The notes under the pieces: model-generated
Databases searched by the model: none
What the model saw: only the letters and a program-made list of their open reading frames with translations
Told to the model about the DNA's origin: nothing
Source: Diadema antillarum
Lineage: Eukaryota
DNA length: 64,000 bases
Reading direction: 5' to 3'
Assembly: GCF_040938485.1 (NCBI RefSeq)
Contig: NW_027272677.1
Location: 186,001 to 250,000, forward strand
Part shown: positions 1 to 10,700 of the stretch, one piece after another
Numbering within the stretch: the stretch's first letter is position 1
How the letters are laid out: each line of letters begins with the position of its first letter
Program-made: the position numbers and the translations under genes

Positions 1-855
1 CCTTTTTGGTTATTAAGACAAACAGGGGTGGTCAAGTGTGATGATATCTGGTGTTTGTTGCTAGGTAACACCATTTACCAGTGTTAGAATCAGGTGCCTT
101 GGAAATTCACAGTGATGACAGATAGTTGCCTGTTTGGCAGGTAAAAACTCTTCAATAAGCAATGATCACTTCAGTTTTTGTAGATCATGTGATTCTTTGC
201 TAATGGCTTGTAATGCTGGATGTATTCATTTCTTCTTCAGCAGGGACCGGATTTGTTATTGAAAACAAATAAAAAAAGTTGCTCCCTTCCCATTTCATTG
301 CGTTGATTGAGCAATGTAAATATCAACAATATCATGATTAGAGTGCCAATTGCCAAGCATTCTAAACATTGACTGTGTGACAGCAAAAATAACCCTGAAA
401 TATTTTTAGTGAGAGGAAAGTCCATTTTTAGCTTGCCTTAAGACTGAGGCCAAGGTTTGTTTGTTATGTTTCTTTATGTTGCATGTGTTGTTTTGACTGG
501 TTTAAAAGTAGAACATGAATATGTAGCCTTTTTATTTAGAAGTAAATTAAGTACACAGTTCTTACTTTCCTTACTTATGATAGAATATATTTGTAGATTT
601 GTTTCTTTGTGTTGCCATATAGATGTTTCGTTGTTGTTGATTCCGTCATTGTTTTCACGCATCTCTTTGCTGCATTGATTGATTTAAAGCTGTAAGCACA
701 ACCCTGATTATGTGAACAACAAAGAGCACTATATCACAAATACAAATTATTTCATGCAGATTCAAATCTTTGGTAATGGATCACTGTATGTACAAAAGAG
801 CAAATCCATGTTTAGGACTAGAGTTGTACTATGCATGACTGCTTACCTTTCCATA

Positions 856-1670
856 GTTTTTGTCGAGCCCACCGGAGGTGAGGGAAGACTATAAGGGATC
901 GCCTGCGGCGTCTGTCAGTCCGTCGTCCGTCTGTCTGTCCATCCATCATCCGTTCGTAATGCTACAAAAACTTGAATAACTCTCTACTGAGGACTTCAAT
1001 TTCAATCAAACTTGGAGGGAGGAGTGGTTATACAAAGTTACATATTTCACCAAACATGAAGGTCATCTCAAGGTCAAAGGTCACAGGCAGGGGTCAATGA
1101 ACCATAGGGCCTAATGTTAAGTTTTTACGGCACGTTTCGATTATGGCTCATAACTTTTGATGTATATGTCTGTTTGTGACCAAACTTAGATGGTAGATGT
1201 CCCTTGGGGAGTTGAAGGTCACCACAAGAACAAATGTCACAGACAGGGGTCAGCCAACTTTTAGGGCCCAATGTTAAGTTATTACAGCGCGTTTCGATTA
1301 TGGCTCATAACTTTTCATCCCTATGTCTGTTTGTAACCAAACTTGGATCGTAGATGTCCCTTGGGAATTTGAAGGTCACCACGAGGTCAGAGGTCACAGA
1401 CCGGGTCAATGAACTTTTAGGACCCAATGCTAAGTTTTTACGGCGCGTTTCGATTATGGCTCATAACTTTTGATCCATACATATTCTGTTTGTGACTAGA
1501 CTTGGCTGATAAATGTCCCTTGGGGAGTTGAAGGTCACGACAAGGTCAAAGGTCATAGGCGGGGTCAATGAACTTCTGGGAGTTAGAAAAACATAAATTT
1601 CTTCTACGCAAATGGGCGAGACACATTTTGGCACTTGCTTTGCTGCAAATGCTCCATGTTTTTCGCCAGA
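856..1670 (+). mobile_element. Non-autonomous Helentron/DINE-1-like element with ~155-bp internal tandem array
   Basis: Short subterminal IR gtcgagccc (~862) / gggcgagac (~1614), GTCY microsatellite at 910-955, 3' hairpin gcacttgc...gcaaatgc, and T-run flanks. The core cgtttcgattatggctcataactttt recurs at ~1135, ~1290 and ~1445. Confidence 0.7.
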
Positions 1671-4139
1671 GCTTCAGACTCAATGAATACTCAGATGTGT
1701 ACAAGTGGGACTACATCCTGACTGATTTGCCTGTGGTGGGTACTTAATGCATCTTTGTAAACATCACTGCTCAACAACACAGAAGCGGAAAACTTTTCTT
1801 CCTCGTTCCGACATTGTAGCCCACTGTGACAAAGTAATACACTGTATTTGAATCATGCTGGTATTTAAGCCAGTAGATCTTTGTTAAACACAATGATTGC
1901 ATCACACCAAGAAGAATGTATACTGAAACAGTAAAACTATCAACAATCTGCTCCCACACAGAGGCTGTGCATGCATGTAGCATGGCCTGCCATCACTGCT
2001 AGGATAGACAAAGATTTGGAAAATGCCTGGATGCCCACTTCAATGCTGCACAAACAATGCAATGTGACACCTCTCAGTTTTGGGGATAAGTTGTCAGTTT
2101 TCTAGAATAGTGATGTTGTGTTGTTGCCAGTGGATGTAATCCACAAAATTTGTCATCTTTCTGTTTATTTCGTTTTTCCATGAGAAGCCAAAGTTCATAC
2201 TCATGTCACATTGGTTATGCTATGAAACAAATGAATTCAGTACAACCTTGCATGATCATTGTAATTAATAAAATGTAGTAAAAAAACGTGTAGATTTGTC
2301 TGACCAATTAGAAAGGTCTGGATGAGTTATATCAAATTAAAAATTATCAGAGACTGAGAAAGTGTCTTGCATTATTTCTTTATGTCGTGATTGAAAGGTC
2401 TTAGACGTACTATCGATAACATAGTACCGGTACTTCTGACTTCAAACCGGAAACCATGGATGATAGGTTATGGAATTTTGAATTTCATCACAAGGCAAAC
2501 TTAATCTAAAGTTATGTTGATTATTAATGCAAATCAAATACTGATAAACCAACTTAATTTGCATGTAGAAGGACAAATGTTAAGACATGTTGAGCAATGT
2601 CATTGGGGTAATATTTTCTCCCCTGTAAAATGCTTTAAAGAAACAAATTTTGTACATACATGTGTATGTTCATGGTAGCATGTTTTTGTTCACTTTGGTT
2701 TCTGTGAAATTAAGACAAATGTATGTGTGTGTGTTTGTGTGTGGTGTTTTTTATATTGTAAGAGAACATGTTTGTGATACGGGTATTAGACTGTGCCATT
2801 CAAAAGTGTAAGCTACTACACATTAAATCGATGAATGATATCAAACCTCGCACGTACCGCACAAAGCTTTACCTACCAACAAACATCTTCACATACATGC
2901 TTCAGACTGTGACTGTGTGTAGCTGTATGATTATATATTTCTTTATTTAATCATCTAGATAAATACAATATCACCAGCTTCTCAAGACAACGTATAAATA
3001 GACCTTTGAATAGGTAGTATTACCATCCGAATATCAAATATTTTTATACCCCAGCTATTCAGCCCTTTAATACTCTCTACCTGGTCCTCATAAATATGTT
3101 TTGTGCATACTAATATGCATGTAGGCACAGTATGTATTTTCTGTGCCTTGGTAAGAAAGCAGAATTTAAGAAAACAAATGTTTCAGTGCGTACTGATGAT
3201 CATTCAGCTCTGCGCATTATCATCGAAGACCATATCAAACAGAATAATTATGTAACCTCTCAATGAATTGTGTTATGGTTTCATTCATTTGGTAAAGGGC
3301 CTTTCATGCTACATTAACCAATTCATGTCATACATTTGAATATTATGTCATTCACAATGTCCCCAAATGCTTGATAAGCAGTAGAGTATAGATGATTCCC
3401 CCCCCCCCCCCCCGACATTTTCGTTACAATGAAGTAAAAATTCAGGCCCAAAATTATCCTGTTTATGTCTTTATATATGCTTTCCATTCGGCTAAAACGA
3501 AATTTCAATATAATTAAATGAAATTGTCAGTTCCGAGTGCTTCATTATATCGGGAGTCACCTGTAACAATCTTATCAGGGAATCCTAGCAGACTAGATTT
3601 TTTCCCCAGGTTAATTGCTTTTTTTTTTTTTTTTGGCGATTTTTTGACGAAAATCCAAGACGCATTACATGGCATGAAACATAACTGGGAGAGTCATAGT
3701 TTGTACCCGAAACATTGTTTGAACTCTACTTTATGACAGCATGTTTATATCATAAGTTATATTTTATCATAAATTGAATAAATTATGTTTTATAATATCA
3801 TAAGTTTCTGAACTTCACAGGAAACCAAATCTTCTGATATCGTTAATTACATTTCTTTTTCAAACCGAAGCCATGATAGTGAAAGAGAGATATAGATAAA
3901 ATCAAGCCCCTACGATACAATGCATTCTACTGTTCTTGCAATCAATTCTTACCCGCATTACGTGAACATGGCTAATACTTCATCTCAAGATATTACACAA
4001 TGCAATAATATGTATTAAATACGGCAAGCTTAAAAAAAGTCAAACACCTCCCGTCACCTCTTCATTCACATTCTCCTCGCTCGGATTCATGGCACAGCAA
4101 GCATAATTTACCCGTGTAGTTATAGCAATGTCAGTATAT

Positions 4140-4300
4140 AAGTGTTGATTTTCCCAGAATGCTGCGTCACTTTTATTTTCCAAGCATTTCTACATAGCCT
4201 TGGTCGAGAGGAAGGTAATGTGGTGTAATATCTTGTCCACGGGCGAACGAGCCAGCCACCAAACAGGATTCGAACTCGTGTTCAAAAACCCAGAACGCTA
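4140..4300 (-). mobile_element. Decayed tRNA-derived SINE fragment
   Basis: Minus strand B box GAGTTCGAATCC followed by a MIR-like ctctcgaccaagg segment; A box missing. Confidence 0.35.
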
Positions 4301-4714
4301 TATAGGTACATTTAGTATACTTTCTACTATACTATGACTAAAATCTTTAACAGAAGGGAACATCGTTATAAAAGATAGGAAATAACAAAAACCTTCTTAC
4401 AACGAGATGGTCTTGCAGTTCCCAATTCTTTAAATTTCTTGTTTTTGTATCCTGACAAGGTAAGAAATCTTACGCTTGTATAACAAGATTATCGCCACCA
4501 TTTTTAGGTACTCGGTCTAACGAGGTTCCCTATATTTTGTCCAATTCAAGATGAACAATCCCGTTTGATACTAGCTGACATAACGGACAATGGATCTCTA
4601 AATACTTCATTATGTGTAGGGCGTTCCATTACTCTCTCTTCCACCTCCCCGGTGGTACATGTATTACATTCCTCATGCTTCTCGTTAATAGCGGTCCTCA
4701 AAGTGCTACTGTAA

Positions 4715-5891
4715 AGGCCCGGTCACACCGCCAGAACTTTGTTGCTGGAGCGTTCCTAGAGCGGTGAAAAAAAAAATCATCACCGCTCGTAACCGTTCAC
4801 CACTGTTTAACAGAAGTTGCCTCCGTAAAGGCAATGCCGTATACGCTCGGCCACCGCTGATGGTCCCTCCTACCGCTCCGAAAGTTTTGAGCTGCACAAA
4901 ATATCGCGAGCGGTGAGCAGCGGGCAATTTTCCGCTCTGGCAAAGTTCACCACCGCTCCAACAACGCCCAGTCAAAGTTTGGCACCGTTAGACGCAAGTT
5001 CGTGAACGCTTGGGTCCGCTAGGCCAACGCAGAAATCTTGAACGCTGGACCACCGCTGCTTCGCTAGCTTTGCCCGGGCGGTGATTAAATGTTGCCAAAA
5101 CTTTGGTGGAGCGGTTGTGAGCGTTTTCGAGCGGACACGGGATTGCTGGAACGGTGTCGGGCGTTGAAGCAGCGATCCATTGCGGTGATGAACTTTGGTT
5201 TGGCGTTGGTGTGGAAGTGTCGGAGCGGGACCAGAATTTGGCTATCAATACGGGGAAAATGGACCAGGAGCCCATTTGAAATCGAGCTGCCGTTGAGTGA
5301 AGACCTCATTTATATCGAATTTGCTCAAAGTTACAGTAAAACTGTACTACCATGAATGCTGAGAGACTTGCTATGATTGGTGCACTAGTGCAGCTAGCAG
5401 CAGAATCAGAACCTCCTCAGATTTCAACAAGCCGTTGACAGAAGGAGAAGAGAGAGACAAAGCTGCCTGCTCAGTAATGATCTTCTTGGAGGCTGATGCC
5501 TTTCCTTCTCCAGCCTTCCTCTTCTTTTGTCCACGTAACATGATGAACTTCAACTATCGACTTCTATCAAAAATCTATCAGAACTTCTATCAAAGCGATC
5601 CGTTCAGCTCCGTATATAGTCAAAAGCGGTATGCCGCTAAACCAAATTTAAACCCCCGCCGAGCCGACGCCCACATACGCAGAATGACGCTCTATCAACG
5701 CTCACTTCCGCTCGCTACCGTCAAACCAACGGTAAAGCAACGCCGGCTTCAGCGGTGCACCGCTAAGGCAACGACCGTGTTTTCGATTTTTTCCCATTTT
5801 GTGCGCGGTGACGAGCGTTGTCGAAATTCGGCCCGCTCTCCCTACTATTCAAGGAACGCTCCAACAAAGTTCGGGCAGTGTGACCGGGTCT
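4715..5891. mobile_element. PIF/Harbinger non-autonomous deletion derivative
   Basis: ~30-bp TIR AGGCCCGGTCACACCGCCAGAACTTTGTTG / CAACAAAGTTCGGGCAGTGTGACCGGGTCT, flanked by a TAA direct repeat (4712-4714, 5892-5894). Many ACCGCT/AGCGGT subterminal motifs. Confidence 0.85.
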
Positions 5892-6107
5892 TAAGATTGT
5901 AGATTACAACATCAACCTCTTGTCTACCCAGAACCAACCCCCAAAGAGTAAACTTTAAATCGCATCTGTCTTTAGATATGACAACAGGTAAATGTGGACA
6001 GTTTTTGACAAACCGCAACTGTCAAAGCGCAGTTGAATATTCAGTACTTTTAAATCTGTGAGCGATGTACCCGTCTCGCAAAGTTACATAAAGGTATATC
6101 AACTTTT

Positions 6108-6113
6108 TTTATT
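6108..6113 (-). terminator. Candidate polyadenylation signal (AATAAA)
   Basis: First AATAAA ~160 nt past the stop codon. It runs into a genomic A-tract, so it may not be the site used. Confidence 0.3.
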
Positions 6114-6203
6114 CTTCCATGGAAAATCGTTCCCAAGGCTATTAAAAGTCCATGTAAGCAGTAACAGTTAGTCGCAAACTTTCGGATCGTTGTGACATTT
6201 CTG

Positions 6204-6246
6204 TTTTTGTTGTTGTTGTTGCTGTTGTTGTTGTTGTTGTTGTTTT
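6204..6246 (+). repeat. (TTG)n microsatellite in the putative 3' UTR
   Basis: Visible tract. Confidence 0.9.
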
Positions 6247-6272
6247 GTGCGTTCTCTTCTTTCACCGTGGCT

Positions 6273-7731
6273 TTAGGAACGTACACTTCCCAAGTCATCT
6301 GGGGTAGCGCGAAGCTCAAAATTACCGTTTATTGCGTTATTGCTGCCTAGCTGGAAGTTGCGGTCTGACCCGCTTCGCTTTATTACCGCGTAGGGCTGCT
6401 CCAGCGTTCCACTGCTAGGATAGTCCTGCATCTTTACTGTTTGTTCCACCGTGGAAGATTGGACGCGGGATTCCGGCAAGATCGACACGTTTAATTTACT
6501 GCTGCTCGTTTCTCCGATGTCTAGTACGTGGGATAAACTTGATTCCTCTCTGCCAGGAGGTGCCGACAGCTGAATGGATGCTAGGGAAGTTTGACGGGTT
6601 ATGATTCGTTTCGAGTCGACACGATTTTTGGCCCCGCTAGCACCTGCAAACAAAACTCCAACATTAATTGTCTGATCAAAGGATAAGTCTTTCACTTCCT
6701 GATCGACACGTACTGGCGTTAGCTGGATAGATGCTTGGGAAATTTGATTCTTCAACTGATGTCGTTTGGAGTTAACACGCTTTGTATCTCCAGTAGCCCC
6801 TCCCGAGTCTCCACTGTCACGGGACGCCAAAACCTTGATAGACGTCTGCGACACCTGTCTGTTGAACACTCGATTCTTGGTCGCATTCAATGAATCTTCA
6901 CTGGTCTGGTCTTTTTCATTCGATGTGGCCCAATTCAAATTATCCAGGCGCGATGTCATTATCTCGTTTTCCGTAGTGATCACTTGGTCTCTGGCGTTGG
7001 AAAGGAGTTTCAAATGCACGTCTTGGCTGGTTCTACTTGTCCCTTGTGACGTGTTTGTGCGGTTTTCGTCTCCTTGCGATCGGTTCAACTGACTGCCGTT
7101 ATAGCCATTCAGCACCGAGTCCATGGAGTCGTCGTGACTGGTGCTGTGCATCATTACCTTGATAGACTGCTGAGATGTCCGGCGGTCGATTGTTCGAGCA
7201 GAGTCCCCGCTTGCACCTGCCAAAATGAGACCACCAGCAGCAACACCAACACCAACACCACCGTCACCACCGTCACCACCACCACGACCAACATCACCAC
7301 CACGGCCAGCACCACCAGTGAGCTGTTCGTAATTGCTGCTGGGGCCAATATCAACATCGATAGCACGCGAGCCTGTGTGGATCGAGACTTCATTCTGATT
7401 CTTCATTCTAACTGCTGGGTCCAGGGAACCAGATGAAGCATGCACTTCGACGCCATCGACGTCATCCGTGTTGATTTCGTCCGATAATCTGGTCTTCACA
7501 TCGCTCAGCGATCTGCCAGACGGACTGCGGCGGCTATTCAGGGCGGAGTCATCCGATTCGTCGCTGTGACCCGCATCGGGCTGGTCGTCCCCTTCGAAGG
7601 CGGGATTTGTATTGCCCTGGCTGGCTGAATCATCGACCGCCTTGCTGATGACGGCTTCGAATGCATCTCCGCTGTCATCCTCGCTGTCGCCAAAGTGGTG
7701 AAGGTCTGGTTTCACGATGTCTAATTCACCT
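6273..7731 (-). CDS. Terminal exon: ~485-aa Ser/Asp/Gly-rich cytoplasmic tail
   Basis: Corresponds to the 500-aa ORF 6273..7775. Acceptor ttcttcag|A GGT GAA is phase 2, matching the TM exon donor. Low-complexity, no recognisable folded domain. Confidence 0.8.
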
Positions 7732-10700
7732 CTGAAGAAACAAAGACGAATGAAGACATCAGCATTAATGGACATAATATAATTTTGTTAGAAGATGATC
7801 ATTGCTGATATGTGTAGATTTTGATGGTATTGTCACAAAGACTTACGAATCATCAAAATAAACAATAAAAAGTGTGTTGGGAATAGTGTCAAAGCCCAAA
7901 TCTGTTTCGTTCTAACACCCACTCTTGGTATCACAACATTGTGAAGATGTTCGCAAACAGCAAGAGAAGCTACACGCAGGTCATATCCATACACACAGAC
8001 ACATCGCTCACTCACGTACATACATGGCCCGTATTTCCATGCACACTTGCAGAACTCGAGGAAACATTGAGTGTCCTGCTTTACGAGTCTGGAGTGGTGG
8101 AAGTAATGTTAACAACTACGGGCATGCATTGATCCACTGCACTATCAATCAAAAGAACAATCTTTTTTTCTGTGATATTAAATAGGTGGGGAGTGTTTCA
8201 AAGCATTATTGCTACCCCCAACGTCTGGAATAGTCTGCCCTGTAAAGTCAGCTATATGAGCCCCATGAGATACTTTTAATCCATTTTGAATGGTGTGCTT
8301 TGTACAGCTAGTATAAGCACTTCGTTGTAACTCTGTTGTATTTTACAATGTAGGCCTATATATTGTCTACGTACTCGTATCATAATTTGATATTGATTCA
8401 ATGTCAATGTTAGGTTGCGCCCAGCCCCCCATTTCATTTTAGTCTTACTCGTCGAAGTCATCCCGGCAGCAGCAGCGACGGAAGAGGACAGGAAGACACA
8501 GGAGAAGCAGCAGCAACAAGATGGCCGCCCACACGATGCCTACGATGGTGGCGACGAGTTGGGGCTCTGTCAAATCAAAGGACCAACATCAGAGATAAAA
8601 GAGGGAGAACAGCATCACAAATTAACCACGATTGCCTCAACGATGAAATTATACTCCATTGATAAGCTTCTTTGACGCTTTGTACAACCAAAACTTCCCA
8701 AGTCATTTACATGCAGAATTTTAGATGTCAAGCTCCTACCGTGGCTGTAAATTTGATTTGAATATAAGTTACAGTTTTCAGTTCGAATGAATTGGAATAA
8801 ATGTTTGTATTATTGTTGATGTTTTCGTAATTTAATGTTTTGAAAATTGATGTAAATTGTGACGATAAGTATTGTACTGTATTTTATAGTAGATTACCGA
8901 AGTATGATAACGTGTTGATTCTAAGACCTTTGGTTTGTTTTAGAGCACTGTGAAGTACTCCCCTGTATAGATACTTTCATATCACTTCTTAAATGCAAAT
9001 TCTGTCGTATAAATTATGTGTACACTCTGCGAAAGTGTCAACCAACCGGTGAATACTGAATTTCCGCAGTGGATAATCAATGCAATTACAGTAATTAATT
9101 AATTCATTCATCTCTAGTAGGGCCTTTATGCATAAATGGTGCTGGTCAAATAACGAGTTGACTGCTCAGAAAGTTTTTTGAATGGACCGCAATTCGAGGG
9201 AGTAAGAAATACTAGTACTTCATGGTATGTGAATTTAGCATTACGCTTGTTTAGGAGCAATGCGCGACTACGTGGAATTAGTACAAGGGAAATCACAACG
9301 TACTCTAAACGAACAACTCTAAAACCTTTCGGCATACGAAATATTACCATTTACGAAATCCGTCTTTTCACAGCGATCTCCAAAGTATGCATATTCGGAA
9401 CATCTGCATGGAGAGAAAGTCGATGGAAGAAATATCATCCGTGTGTGAGAATATTCTTTGTTTTATGACAGATTGGGATTACTGGATTTACAACAGAACC
9501 AAAGTCCATTTACCCCCTAAGCAAGAGTAAAGATAATGAATTGCACGATTTTCACTAAGCAACGGAAGACACGTGCCTTTCTTGCAGAGATATTTTCGCA
9601 CAGGTTGCTACTTCTCAAGCGTCATTAGAGTGGCGTTAATAGAGATTTCCTCAGTATACATGTACCGTATGATTTCATTGAAAGTTTGGCATGGTTTGTT
9701 TCACATTCATTCTTAATATAAAAGTTTTCTGTTCAGTTCAACATTTGTGTTATTTGTCCACTTGTGCAAATAAAACAAAACGAAATACATGTATTACAAC
9801 GGCAATTTAAGAATGAGAAAGAATCAGTGATAACTGAACTCACTCACAACATTATGTAGACATATACAGGTACATGGAAGAACTATTAACATATACGTGT
9901 ACACTTTTACATATTTCGAGGTACGGTTGTACAAAGTATAGGAGACCGTCATCAATAAGCAGTGTACCTGACTGGAATGACGGCCTCGAAAGTGCATCAG
10001 AACATTCAAAATTGAATGAGAACTGAAGAAGCAACGGCAGAAAAAATCTCTTCAGCCTCCTGTTATACATGTACATGTACCAATCGACCTTGATATGGAA
10101 TGACATTTCAACTGGACCTTATATAGACAAAGTAAAATGGTGAACTCACAGACACGAGATAAGGTTGGACGAAGCCGGCTTGAAGCAGGAGGCGCCATTC
10201 AAGCAATAGGTCGGGTTGTCGGCGCACGTGGAGATACAATTTAGATCTCGCACCGTGCAATTCATGGCTTCCGGACACGGCAAGGTGAAACACAGGTCGA
10301 CTGGTATATCATCGCCTAAATAGTGGTAAAGGTGAGGATGATGGCAGAGGTGGTCACAGTAACATGATAATTTATAGCCTACATTAGTTTGCACAGAAAT
10401 GCATATATACGTATATAATAATGTGTATGTTCCAATACGAGAATGCTCAGCTTTACATTACTGTAATTTTTCATGTTACTTAACCACTATAAACCCCTTG
10501 ATGTAATGGCTCTTCGTAGTACGTAGAGTAGTACAGTGGACTCCCGTTATAACGAAGTCCTCGGGACTGGCAGTTTTCTTTCGTTATATCAGAATTTCGT
10601 TATAACCGAACAAATACACAATAAAAAACGTATAGAGCTGATAATTTTGCGACCTGGATTTTTTTCCGTTGTAACCTGAATTTCGTTATAACCGTGTTCG

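Noticed and set aside
1-4700. Coding exons of a neighbouring gene (e.g. ORFs 457..678 and 1771..1983)
   Set aside because: Low-complexity hydrophobic translations of T-rich DNA without domain motifs or splice support; the region may be UTR or intergenic.
6766-7436. Plus- and minus-strand ORFs 6766..7092, 7074..7436 and 7154..7393 (poly-Thr, poly-Val, the latter looking like a TM helix)
   Set aside because: Shadow frames of the GC-rich terminal exon and its trinucleotide-like segment; no splice or start context.
9852-10106. Candidate exon GTLLIDDGLLYFVQPYLEI between the EGF and TM exons
   Set aside because: Wrong phase and no EGF-completing cysteines; the 56-nt exon at 9348-9403 fits exactly.
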